64,000 nt of DNA from an uncultured Anaerolineaceae bacterium. GTDB taxonomy: Bacteria > Chloroflexota > Anaerolineae > Aggregatilineales > Phototrophicaceae. Positions 36,349-45,240 of the stretch are shown here, in pieces. The first letter of the stretch is position 1, and each line of letters opens with the position of its first letter. Location of the stretch: NCBI GenBank assembly GCA_964455365.1, contig CAYVVZ010000011.1, positions 29,607 to 93,606 on the forward strand, written 5' to 3'. Both the position numbers and the translations under genes were made by a program. The notes under the pieces are model-generated. The model saw only the letters and a list, made by a program, of their open reading frames with translations, was not told the DNA's origin and made no database searches.

Positions 36349-37283
36349 TTCAGATGCAGCTCCCTTCTCATGCGTTGGCGTAAGCGGCGCAGTGTTTGCT
36401 GCCAGAGGGTCGGTTTCGCAGGCGCAACATGACGGGCGATGTACTGGCAATATCGCCTGAAGATAGCGTCATTCACCTGCTCAGGAAAGTCCAACGGCTG
36501 GGGCAGTTGTGCATCAAAAACTTTATGCTGCTGCCAGTTCGACTGTTTTTTGCCATGCGTGCCGCTGCCATCGAAGCCTTCATTGGCGATCATCGACTGC
36601 CGCGAATAGACGACCAGCCCGCCCCGCCGCCAGATGCTGAACCACCAGCGAATCCCCCAGGAATCATTTTTCCCGGCAGCAGCGCGGCGGTACATCTCGG
36701 TATAGGGATAGGCTCCATTCAAATCGAAGGCGTGGCTGTTCTGTGGATTTTCCAGGATGCGCAAGGCTTCCGATGGTTCATGCTCGTACTGATCCCAGGC
36801 GCGTTTCCAGGTTGCCCATCCCCAGGTCGTCGCAACAGGGATCAAGAAAATCCCCGGCTGCGGATTATCCTCAAAGGCGAAGGTATAGCCCGAAACCTGA
36901 TAGACGCGCTCATCCGTTGCGTAATGATCCAGCGCGGAGAGCATATATTCCAGGAAAGCCGGAGCCAGCACCAGGTCATCTTCCAGCACAATCACACGCC
37001 CATACTGCTCACAGAGTTCCGTCACGCCTGTGACGATGGACTTTGCCAGCCCATAATTTTCTTCGCGCAGGATGATTTCCGCACCGTGTTCTGCTGCCCA
37101 TGCCTGCACAATCTCGCGGGTTGCCTGCACCGAGTCAGCATGTTCGGGCTTTTTGGGTGCATCGCAGTAAATCACCAGCGCACATTCATCTACACGGCGG
37201 CAGGCGGCAAGGCTCGCCAGCAAGCGCTGTGTATGCTGCGGACGGTTATAAGTGAAGATGGCAATGGGTGTCTGGGGCATCAT
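36345..37283 (-). CDS. GT-A glycosyltransferase, GnT-I (GT13)-like
   Basis: IAIFTYNRPQHTQRLL N-terminus and LEDDLVLAPAFLEYM, which resembles the EDDLEVAPDFFEY motif of GlcNAc-transferase I. Confidence 0.65.
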   Translation of the reverse strand: MMPQTPIAIFTYNRPQHTQRLLASLAACRRVDECALVIYCDAPKKPEHADSVQATREIVQAWAAEHGAEIILREENYGLAKSIVTGVTELCEQYGRVIVLEDDLVLAPAFLEYMLSALDHYATDERVYQVSGYTFAFEDNPQPGIFLIPVATTWGWATWKRAWDQYEHEPSEALRILENPQNSHAFDLNGAYPYTEMYRRAAAGKNDSWGIRWWFSIWRRGGLVVYSRQSMIANEGFDGSGTHGKKQSNWQQHKVFDAQLPQPLDFPEQVNDAIFRRYCQYIARHVAPAKPTLWQQTLRRLRQRMRRELHLK

Positions 37284-37367
37284 TCAAACCAGCAAAAGAG
37301 GCGATGAGTCGCGCAAGACACGATACATCGCCCCGGAAAGCGCGTCAATTGTAGAGTTGGCGGCGGA

Positions 37368-38147
37368 TCAGCCTTCGGTGACGCAGATCAGCGTTAGCGT
37401 AACCGGATCACTCTGATTGCCTGCTTCATCTTCCACGATCAATTGCATTTCCAGCGTCCGGGTTCCGTCCACCGCATCACAGCGGAATGTCACCGGAATC
37501 GTTGTACCCACAACGGATTGGCTGAAGAAACCATCTACCAGCGTCCAGCCTGTTTCGTCGCTGGCTTCCACGATGCTCCACAAGAAACGCGAGGCATCGC
37601 CATCTTCGTCCGTGTATTCAATTTCGGTTGTAGCAGTTCCTTCACCCACAATGACGATGCGGCTGGGCGTGACGGAAACCACCTCTGGCGCAGTGCCTGC
37701 TGTTGCGCCGCCACCCTGTCCCAGGTCTGCAAAGCTGGACTGGCATTGCAGATCAAAGAAGGCGGATTCGCTGCGATTGCCCTGGGCATCTTCCACGATG
37801 AGTTCAATGGATACCATTGCATCCACATTATCACAGCGGAAAGTTACCGGAATCGTTGTACCTACAATGGACTGATTGAAAAAGCCATCCGGCAGATTCC
37901 AGGAGGTATCTTCCCCCGCTTCAAATACTTCCCAGATGAAGCGGACTGCGTCTCCATCTTCATCAGCAAATTCAACGTCAACCGTAGCGCTGCCGCCACC
38001 TGTGATGGTGACCGCATTGGGCGTGAGCGAGACAATCTCCGGCGCAGTCCCGGCATCGGTTTCTGTATCGGTTTCTTCGTCCTGGGCAGCCAGGGGCAGG
38101 GCGAATAAGAAAAACACACAAAGGGACAAAAACAAACGTCGTTTCAT
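37368..38147 (-). CDS. secreted protein with two tandem ~105-aa repeats
   Basis: Signal peptide MKRRLFLSLCVFFLFALPLAAQ. TAPEIVSLTPN...FDLQCQ aligns with TAPEVVSVTPS...LTLICV, with conserved DEDGDA.RF.W, GTTIPVTFRCD and LIVED..GN.S. Confidence 0.65.
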   Translation of the reverse strand: MKRRLFLSLCVFFLFALPLAAQDEETDTETDAGTAPEIVSLTPNAVTITGGGSATVDVEFADEDGDAVRFIWEVFEAGEDTSWNLPDGFFNQSIVGTTIPVTFRCDNVDAMVSIELIVEDAQGNRSESAFFDLQCQSSFADLGQGGGATAGTAPEVVSVTPSRIVIVGEGTATTEIEYTDEDGDASRFLWSIVEASDETGWTLVDGFFSQSVVGTTIPVTFRCDAVDGTRTLEMQLIVEDEAGNQSDPVTLTLICVTEG

Positions 38148-38747
38148 CACACACTCCATTTCGGGTGGTAGGGGAATGAATGCTTGATTTGATTGTACCG
38201 CATGCCTTGCGCTGTGCAATTTAGGCCAAGAAATGAAGAAGGATTACGCCCGATTCACTATGCTCGTAATCCACTTTGGGCGTAGTTCGGGCATGCTGGA
38301 AATCCGACACATTTTTCTGCATGTGTGTTGACTTATCTTGAAAAAAGTCTGTCGCCAATGGGGGAACTATTTGGTGTATGAATACCCGTTACAGTCGAAA
38401 GCTGGCGACAGACTTGTGTATAGTTGCAGAATTGTTGGGATATATGCTATGACTGTCTGCGAGTCATACCTGGAATACCGGGCGATGGGGCAGGTTGTAT
38501 GCATTCTTATGGCGATAAGTTCCTGTGCTGGCACAATGGTCATTGATGAAGCTGGCGGCGACTGACTGGATAGCTTCCACGGCTAGCGATAGGCACTCGC
38601 TGTACCCAAACCGAAGCAGTAAGCGTGTTATGATTTTGTCAAGAGATTGCGTACTTCGGCCTATGGTCTCCGATATTCGTGATAGCATGTATCCATCTAC
38701 CTTAACAATTGATGTGTGCAGCCCTGTATTGACAGGAGCGATCCGAT

Positions 38748-39074
38748 ATGCAGCTGCCGAACCTGCCTCAATTCACGGAACATGCTGAACTGCGAATGAT
38801 CCAGCGCAATTTCACCAAAGACGATGTGTACTACATCCTGGAACAGGGAGTTGCGACACACAGCGCAGGCGTAATTTTTTGCCAGTTGAGAGAGAAAAAT
38901 TTGCCGAGAGAGGATCGTTCGGACGAGCGGAAGCGCAAATTAAGCGGGAGCGAAGTGGTACTAAGCCCCTGCAAACAATGGATTTTGACGGTATACCACG
39001 CACGAGATTTCAAAAAATCACGGCGGAAATCCAAACACAATTACCGCAAAGGCGGGTATCGCCCCCGTTGTTAA
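38748..39074 (+). CDS. DUF4258-like protein (toxin-like fold family)
   Basis: FTEHAELRMIQRNFTKDDVYYILEQG matches the H-A-x-x-R-M-x-x-R-x-I opening of DUF4258. Basic C-terminal tail. Confidence 0.55.
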   Translation: MQLPNLPQFTEHAELRMIQRNFTKDDVYYILEQGVATHSAGVIFCQLREKNLPREDRSDERKRKLSGSEVVLSPCKQWILTVYHARDFKKSRRKSKHNYRKGGYRPRC

Positions 39075-39217
39075 TGTGCATCCTATTTTTTAGCTAACCC
39101 GCTCTACACTTAACCTGACCACTAATTGGTTGCGCACAGCATTGTTGAGCCTTGTTTGAAAGCGGTTTTCCATCAATAGCCCGGAAAGCCGCTTTTTTTG
39201 CGTTATGATAGACGTAC

Positions 39218-39375
39218 ACACAGTCCCCTGTGGTGGACTTGTCGGTTTCTAGCGGGCTGGCTTCAGCCGCCAGCAGCACGAGAAACAGCGCGATGCGAAT
39301 TTCTTTGTGTCCTTCGTGTCTTTGTGGTTCAAATCGTTTTGAAGCAATTGGGAGCGCACACGGGCGCTCCCCTAC
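39218..39375 (+). repeat. 160-bp intergenic repeat, copy 2 of 2
   Basis: See 14171-14330. Same orientation. Confidence 0.85.
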
Positions 39376-39493
39376 AAGTTTGATTGGATGGTTGGATGTA
39401 GCACGCCAAAATCCGAAGTTGCCAAAATATTGAAATGCACCCTGCCTGCTGGTGACGTTTGACCTAACAGACCTCAAGTGATGGGCAAAATCT

Positions 39494-39940
39494 ATGTTTA
39501 CCCTCGTACAACAATTTGAATTGTCGTTGCTGCTGCTGCTGGCACTGCTCTTGAGCGCATTGCTTGGCGCTGACCGAGAGCGCCGCGACAAAGATGCCGG
39601 ACTGCGCACACACATGCTGGTCGGGCTGGGATCGTGTTTGCTGGCGATTGCCTCGGAGAATGCCTTTACTGGCGGCGACCCCAGCCGTATTGCCGCCAGC
39701 GCCATTTCCGGGATCAGCTTCCTGGGGGCGGGGGTCATCATCGTCCGGCAGAACCGCGTCCATGATCTGACGACGGCGGCTTCCATCTGGGTTGCAGCAG
39801 CCATCGGCGTGATGGTGGGCGGCGGCGGCTGGTTGATCGCCATTCTCGCCACGCTGATGGCCTGGTTTACCTTGTTTGTGCTGCACCGCTTTGAACAGAG
39901 GGTTTACAAAAAAGATCAAGAAGACGACGAAGAAACGTGA
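39494..39940 (+). CDS. MgtC/SapB-family membrane protein
   Basis: ALLGADRERRDKDAGLRTHMLVGLGS ... ISFLGAGVI ... LTTAASIWVAAAIG is the canonical MgtC core. Confidence 0.85.
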   Translation: MFTLVQQFELSLLLLLALLLSALLGADRERRDKDAGLRTHMLVGLGSCLLAIASENAFTGGDPSRIAASAISGISFLGAGVIIVRQNRVHDLTTAASIWVAAAIGVMVGGGGWLIAILATLMAWFTLFVLHRFEQRVYKKDQEDDEET

Positions 39941-40087
39941 TCGAGGCTGCGTTTCAGGGTATGGGCGCAATGATGCTTCTCTAGAATTGAATACGAAGAA
40001 TACGTCCTTTGTCACCCATCCCTAACCAGGCTTGTCCGGTATTATCTTCGAACCTATCCGAAAAATGGTTCCTATACAAAAACCTGT

Positions 40088-40155
40088 CGTAGGGATTCGA
40101 TCATGTCGAACCCGGTTTCAGGCCACCGGGCGCGTCATGGATACGCCCCTACAAG
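40088..40155 (+). repeat. family-B repeat
   Basis: cgtagggattcgatcatgtcgaaccc...gggcgcgtcatggatacgcccctac. The reverse complement matches 52068-52130. Confidence 0.8.
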
Positions 40156-40224
40156 AATTTTCGGACAGTAGTTGTCATGTTTTTGCGCTGAACAGTTCTC
40201 GCAGCAAATTCGGTGCGGAGCCTT

Positions 40225-41409
40225 CTACGTATCGGTGCTGACTTCATCCCAGGGCAATTCTTTGTACCCCGTCAACCAGTTCAGCGCGTAATGTCGTTCG
40301 TAGATGACAGGCAGCAGCATATTGCGCGGCGGCTTCTTGCCGAACAACTCTGCATCCACCAATGCCCAGTGATAGCGGTAATACAAATCGGTCATGTCGA
40401 GGAGTTCGGTTGCATGCCGCAAGTTGGCATCTAGCAAGAACTGCTCTGCCGAGCGAGAATCAATGACCTCATAGGCGCGTTCCGGCGGCGCAAAATTATT
40501 GGGGAAATTCAGGCGATCCACAAAGCCCAACGCCCACAACAACAGCCAACAACTTTCCAGGCGCTGGCTGAACTTAATGACGATGTATTCCGGCGGCTCG
40601 TCATCTTCGGCAAATTCCCATTCGTCCTCTGTCACTACGTCTTGCAGCTCGTACTGCTGTACTTTTTGCTGGAACCAATCATAAGACTGCCCTTCCGCAC
40701 GGCGCGAAATCAAGCTGAGGACGATGGCGCGTTGGGCAGCTTCTTCAGTGCTGCGCAAGGTAACCAGGCTCTCATCCGGTATCACGGGCAAATGGGGAAT
40801 GAAGGGAATCTCTTCGTGCTTTAGCTGCTTGATGCTGCGTTTCTTGCGCTCAATCGCGGGGCCTGTTTCCAGGTCAACCTTTGGCTGCTGCCAATACTTC
40901 AGCTTGCTATCCGCCGGGCCAATTTCAATATTGCCGTTCTCGTTGTAGATCACGCCGTTGGCGACCATCAGCGCATAATCATAAGACTCCATAATGCCCT
41001 GTACGAGATGCTGTGCCTTGCGGTCTTCGTCCCAATCCGGCGTGATGGTGCAATCCAGAATTTTAATCATGCGCTCGGCACGACGCAGGATTTTCTTCGC
41101 CTTTTTGTCGTGGCGGTCAGCCAACCAATCCTCGACTTGCTCCCAGATGTCATCGATTCGGCTCACCAGCACATCCACCGGCGGCACGCGAATTGCCACC
41201 TGAACATCATCCCAGGTGACATCATAACCAACGATCTCGCTGCCATCGCGCACAACCCGGACATTCTCTTTGCCCGTCAATTCATAGAGGTCTTCCAGTG
41301 AAACCATGTCATCATCTGGCGCGAGAATCGCAATTGTATCTACCATGTACCTAACTTTCTGCTCTCCCAAATCAACCGCTAGCATAGCGGAACGAACACG
41401 CCGGAACAA
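40225..41409 (-). CDS. hypothetical protein with DUF4272-like C-terminal domain
   Basis: C-terminal LLWALGFV ... YYRYHWALVDA ... ERHYALNWL ... WDEVSTDT resembles DUF4272. N-terminal half unassigned. An alternative start lies at 41346. Confidence 0.55.
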   Translation of the reverse strand: MFRRVRSAMLAVDLGEQKVRYMVDTIAILAPDDDMVSLEDLYELTGKENVRVVRDGSEIVGYDVTWDDVQVAIRVPPVDVLVSRIDDIWEQVEDWLADRHDKKAKKILRRAERMIKILDCTITPDWDEDRKAQHLVQGIMESYDYALMVANGVIYNENGNIEIGPADSKLKYWQQPKVDLETGPAIERKKRSIKQLKHEEIPFIPHLPVIPDESLVTLRSTEEAAQRAIVLSLISRRAEGQSYDWFQQKVQQYELQDVVTEDEWEFAEDDEPPEYIVIKFSQRLESCWLLLWALGFVDRLNFPNNFAPPERAYEVIDSRSAEQFLLDANLRHATELLDMTDLYYRYHWALVDAELFGKKPPRNMLLPVIYERHYALNWLTGYKELPWDEVSTDT

Positions 41410-41420
41410 TCCACAGCGGC

Positions 41421-42125
41421 TTAGATGGCCTCATCCCAGACGGATTTGGAGCGTTCGTTATTCGTATCCGCGTCTTCGGGTTGCATCGGCAGCAGTTTCT
41501 TCTCGAAGAGGTACAGTATCACAAACCCGGTGATGATACCCTGTGCCAGCACTGCCCCCATGAAATACAGAGGGCCAATGTCATAATTGTTACTCTGCGA
41601 TGCCAAACCGCCAAACACCATCCCGGCGACAACATTCCCCAGCACCCAGAGCCAACTATCGCGCACTGCATGCCGCAGCGCCTGCCACTGTGCAGCGCTG
41701 ACCACCAGCATAAATACCGCCATCGCCAGCGAGACCGACCATTGATCTGCAAAATAAATTCCGACCGTGATTTCCATTAGCAACCGCAAACCACCAAGGA
41801 TCAGCGCACCCATAAAGCCACCCAGGACAGTCCAGAACTGCCAGCCATCCGCCGCCCAATACAGCCGTGTGCGCAGGAGCCAGCGCTGCAACTTGCCCAC
41901 TACCGCCGCAATAATCACACCGCCGAACAGCAGCATTGCGAACATGAAGAGCGTATCCACCGCGTCATTTGTATAGGGAACCGGACGCAAAATATTGAAG
42001 AACATTCCGGTGGGGACGAGGATGGCAGCCAGTGCGACCACAGAAAGAGGCCAGACGAAAAATGCACTCGCGCTCCACCAGAGGAGGAAGGGAATGGCTT
42101 TGATGTGGTAAAGATTGTTGTGCAT
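41421..42125 (-). CDS. hypothetical polytopic membrane protein
   Basis: 234-aa ORF with about seven hydrophobic helices, 12 nt upstream of the next gene on the same strand. Confidence 0.55.
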   Translation of the reverse strand: MHNNLYHIKAIPFLLWWSASAFFVWPLSVVALAAILVPTGMFFNILRPVPYTNDAVDTLFMFAMLLFGGVIIAAVVGKLQRWLLRTRLYWAADGWQFWTVLGGFMGALILGGLRLLMEITVGIYFADQWSVSLAMAVFMLVVSAAQWQALRHAVRDSWLWVLGNVVAGMVFGGLASQSNNYDIGPLYFMGAVLAQGIITGFVILYLFEKKLLPMQPEDADTNNERSKSVWDEAI

Positions 42126-42302
42126 GTGCCTGTATCCTGGGGAACTACTTTTTGGGTTCGGATGTGGTATGTGGACGATCTAACCGTCAGACCACAATTT
42201 CATGATAGCACACTCTGCCCCCATCATTTCTCAGGATTGGTTGAGCGTTCGGCAGTCGCATTGATACTTTTTAAAGGATGGGACTCACAGGCTCATATAA
42301 AG

Positions 42303-42425
42303 GGATAGGCCACTCAGAGCCATCGGTTCGCTCTCAGCATTTCAGCTTGTCATCTGCAAATGACATTTGTTGACTACATCCTGTTCGCCAAACATCGTTT
42401 TGCTGATGGCTGATCCGCTGAGAGC
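42303..42425 (+). repeat. family-D repeat, copy 2
   Basis: See 24013-24133. Confidence 0.6.
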
Positions 42426-42462
42426 CTGTTTGCTAAAACCGACAGATCGCCGGAAGCCAGGG

Positions 42463-43197
42463 CTACGCAGCAGCAATGGTAAACAGCGCGAAGAAGATCA
42501 CTACATCCTGCAAGAAGTGAATGAACCATGCCCAGAAAACACCCCGCGTTTCTACGATGGATTTCGCCAGCAACCAGCCCAGGAAGCCCGCCATGATGGA
42601 ACCCAGAACGCCGCCGGGTGTGCCGAAGTAATGCGGGATACCAAAAACCAACGCGGAGAGTATGTAGATATAGCGATTATCGAGCGTGCCATGCAGCCCT
42701 ACCACAACCGTGAAGCGCGTGAGGGCTTCTTCTACAAAACTGTTCACCACAGCAAATAGCAGCGCCCAGGGCAAAACCACCAGCGCGGCAAGGCCAGGCA
42801 GCTCACCCCCAAACACGTTGAAGAACAAGAAGGCACTGGTTGCAATGGTGACGATGACAGCGAAGGACGTTCCCACACTACGCCATGTATCTTTGGCATT
42901 AATGCCCAGGAAGGAAACGGGTTCGGGGTGTGTGGATTGATCCCCAAAGCGGGCGAAATGGCGGAACTTCTGGGGATACAGCACATAAAGAATCCCCAGT
43001 ACACCCAGTGCCAGCACGAAGGTCAGGCTCTGGTAAAGGATGTTCGCGTTGATGGCGCTGTTCTCATGTAGTGAAATGCCGGATGAATCCACCAGGGCAC
43101 GCGCCACAAATAAACCCGCAACACCCAGGGCGGCGAGTCCGACGGAAAGCCAGGGGCGCAGGCTGTTGTGGGATGTGTACGTTTGGGGTTGGTTCAT
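42463..43197 (-). CDS. CPBP (CAAX/Abi) family intramembrane metalloprotease
   Basis: EEALTRF and FGIPH motifs. Start at ATG 43197, with aggagg 6 nt upstream. The track start 43302 overlaps padR. Confidence 0.75.
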   Translation of the reverse strand: MNQPQTYTSHNSLRPWLSVGLAALGVAGLFVARALVDSSGISLHENSAINANILYQSLTFVLALGVLGILYVLYPQKFRHFARFGDQSTHPEPVSFLGINAKDTWRSVGTSFAVIVTIATSAFLFFNVFGGELPGLAALVVLPWALLFAVVNSFVEEALTRFTVVVGLHGTLDNRYIYILSALVFGIPHYFGTPGGVLGSIMAGFLGWLLAKSIVETRGVFWAWFIHFLQDVVIFFALFTIAAA

Positions 43198-43228
43198 GAT
43201 GATTGCCTCCTGTTGGTTTCTGCGTCCG

Positions 43229-43780
43229 TTAGAGTTTCTCTTCAATGGTGGCGATGGCTTCTTCCAGCCAGCGCAGCGATACTTCAGTGGAGAGTTCGCC
43301 ATAGCGCCGGGTCAGTTCCCAGAGAATAGCATCTCGTTCTAGCTGCGGTTGGGCGGCAGCGGCTCCTGCAATTTCCTCTTTCACATCCTTACTGAGGGCA
43401 TTCAGCGCCTGATTTAACAGCGCTTTTTGCAGCCGTAGCTGCGTCAAAATGGTTTCTTTCTCCAGGTGAGCGCTGAAAAACAACTTCAGCAGAACCGTAT
43501 CCTTGGTTTGTTCCAGTTCGGTGACTGGCTGCGCCAACCACTCTTGCAGCACAGCCCGTCCTTCTTCCGTGATCGAATACACGCGGCGATCCGGGCGATC
43601 CTGTTGTTCTTCCACAACGGAAGTCAGGTAGCGCTGGCTTTCCAGCTTTTTCAATGTGGAATAAACCTGGCTTTGTCTGGCATACCAGAAGTGTGCTGTT
43701 GATGTCTCCATGAAGGTTTTGACTTCATAGCCTGTCATGGGTTGATATGAAAGAATTCCGAGCAAGGCATATTGCAGCAT
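43229..43780 (-). CDS. PadR-family transcriptional regulator
   Basis: LGILSYQPMTGYEVKTFM ... SQVYSTLKKLESQRYL winged-helix core plus a C-terminal dimerisation helix region. Confidence 0.85.
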   Translation of the reverse strand: MLQYALLGILSYQPMTGYEVKTFMETSTAHFWYARQSQVYSTLKKLESQRYLTSVVEEQQDRPDRRVYSITEEGRAVLQEWLAQPVTELEQTKDTVLLKLFFSAHLEKETILTQLRLQKALLNQALNALSKDVKEEIAGAAAAQPQLERDAILWELTRRYGELSTEVSLRWLEEAIATIEEKL

Positions 43781-43807
43781 ATTCCTATCTGGATACCCCT
43801 GTATTTA

Positions 43808-43825
43808 TATTCCAATATTGGAATA
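43808..43825. promoter_or_regulatory. perfect 18-bp palindrome, candidate PadR operator
   Basis: tattccaat attggaata lies 28-45 nt upstream of the padR start codon. Confidence 0.5.
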
Positions 43826-44127
43826 CAATTTACGGAATATGCCACCAGAAGTCAACCAGCTATCGCAGGAAAAGCGCACATCCTGACAATTTATTGACAA
43901 AATGTGCAACGGGGGTGCAGGCCTGCGAAACGAGAGTCACCCGATTTCTCTGATGTGTTCTAACGCGCTTCGTGGACTGTAGCTTATGTGTGCTTCATGT
44001 GCAGTTCATACGGTCAGGTCACGATCACCAATCATCTATCGAAACCGGGCGCAAGACCAACTAAGGACGGGATCACACGCCACCCGCAACATTCCAGACG
44101 CGGCTATACATCCACAAGGGGGAGACC

Positions 44128-45222
44128 ATGACAGACACAGCACAGCAGGTTATCGTAGAAGGAAGCGAAGCAGACGCGAAACAATTTCGTCGTCGTGTAC
44201 TCACTGCCGTCGGAATTGTGGCTGGACTTGCCGTGCTGCTGCTGTTTCTGTATAGCACCGCCAGCGTATTGCTGCTTCTGTTCATTGGCCTACTGATCGG
44301 TGTCGCACTGCGCACAGTGAGCCACTGGATCGCCAGCCACACACCACTATCCGAGCAGATTTCGCTGGCAGTTGTGGTCATTGGGGTTGTGATCCTCATT
44401 GCCCTGCTAGCACTCCTGATCGGTCCCAGCCTCGTCACCCAGATTGACCAACTCATCCAACAGCTACCTACTTCGCTGCAACAGATTGATGACATGATTT
44501 CAAAGTATTCCTGGGGGCAGTGGTTGGTAGATGAAATGCCCACAAACCTACGTTGGGGGCAGATTGTATTCGGTGAGCAGGTGAATGTTTTCTCCCGCAT
44601 CACGGGGATTGTCTCTACTTCCATATCAGCATTGGGGAATTTCATCTTGCTGCTGTTCACAGCGCTGTTCCTGGCAATTGAACCGCATACTTATATGAGC
44701 GGCATTGCCGAGCTAATCCCGCTTGGGTATCGCTCTCGTAGCAAAGAGGTCATGCTGGAAGTAGGGAATACACTTGCGCAGTGGCTGCTGACGCGGGCAA
44801 TTTCGATGGTGGCAATCGGCATTATGACCACGCTTGGCTTGATGGTCATCAATGTTCCGCTGGCATTGAGCCTGGGGATTATTGCCGGGTTGATGGCCTT
44901 CATCCCCTTGATTGGCCCCTTCATTGCGGTGGTACCTGCGGCGCTGGTTGGCCTGCTGCAATCGCCCCAAACAGCCCTCTGGGTCATCCTGCTGTACCTC
45001 GTCATCCAGAGCATTGATAATTACGTCCTCACGCCTATCGTCGTCAAAGAGACGATTCGCATGCCACCTGCCCTGATTATTCTTTCACAGTTGATCTTTG
45101 GCTTGCTATTCGGGCAGTTGGGTTTAGCGGTGGCTGCACCATTTGCCGCTGCGGCAATGACCTTCGTCCGGCTCACGTATGTTCAGGATTTCCTGGAACA
45201 CAAGGCTCAGAACCGATCATGA
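44128..45222 (+). CDS. AI-2E/PerM-family transporter
   Basis: 364-aa polytopic protein. The C-terminal FIPLIGPFIAVVPAALVGL ... IQSIDNYVLTPIV is characteristic. Confidence 0.85.
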   Translation: MTDTAQQVIVEGSEADAKQFRRRVLTAVGIVAGLAVLLLFLYSTASVLLLLFIGLLIGVALRTVSHWIASHTPLSEQISLAVVVIGVVILIALLALLIGPSLVTQIDQLIQQLPTSLQQIDDMISKYSWGQWLVDEMPTNLRWGQIVFGEQVNVFSRITGIVSTSISALGNFILLLFTALFLAIEPHTYMSGIAELIPLGYRSRSKEVMLEVGNTLAQWLLTRAISMVAIGIMTTLGLMVINVPLALSLGIIAGLMAFIPLIGPFIAVVPAALVGLLQSPQTALWVILLYLVIQSIDNYVLTPIVVKETIRMPPALIILSQLIFGLLFGQLGLAVAAPFAAAAMTFVRLTYVQDFLEHKAQNRS

Positions 45223-45240
45223 GAAATGCCGTGACTACCC

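Noticed and set aside
38338-38788. Three overlapping 74-87-aa ORFs upstream of the DUF4258 gene as a possible antitoxin
   Set aside because: They overlap each other on both strands and are Cys/Ser-rich or irregular. None ends in a coupled position relative to the DUF4258 start.
39094-39852. 252-aa minus-strand ORF
   Set aside because: It overlaps the clearly recognisable mgtC gene on the plus strand and runs through the 160-bp repeat. Its composition (Ala/Pro/Ser/Arg-rich) is shadow-like.
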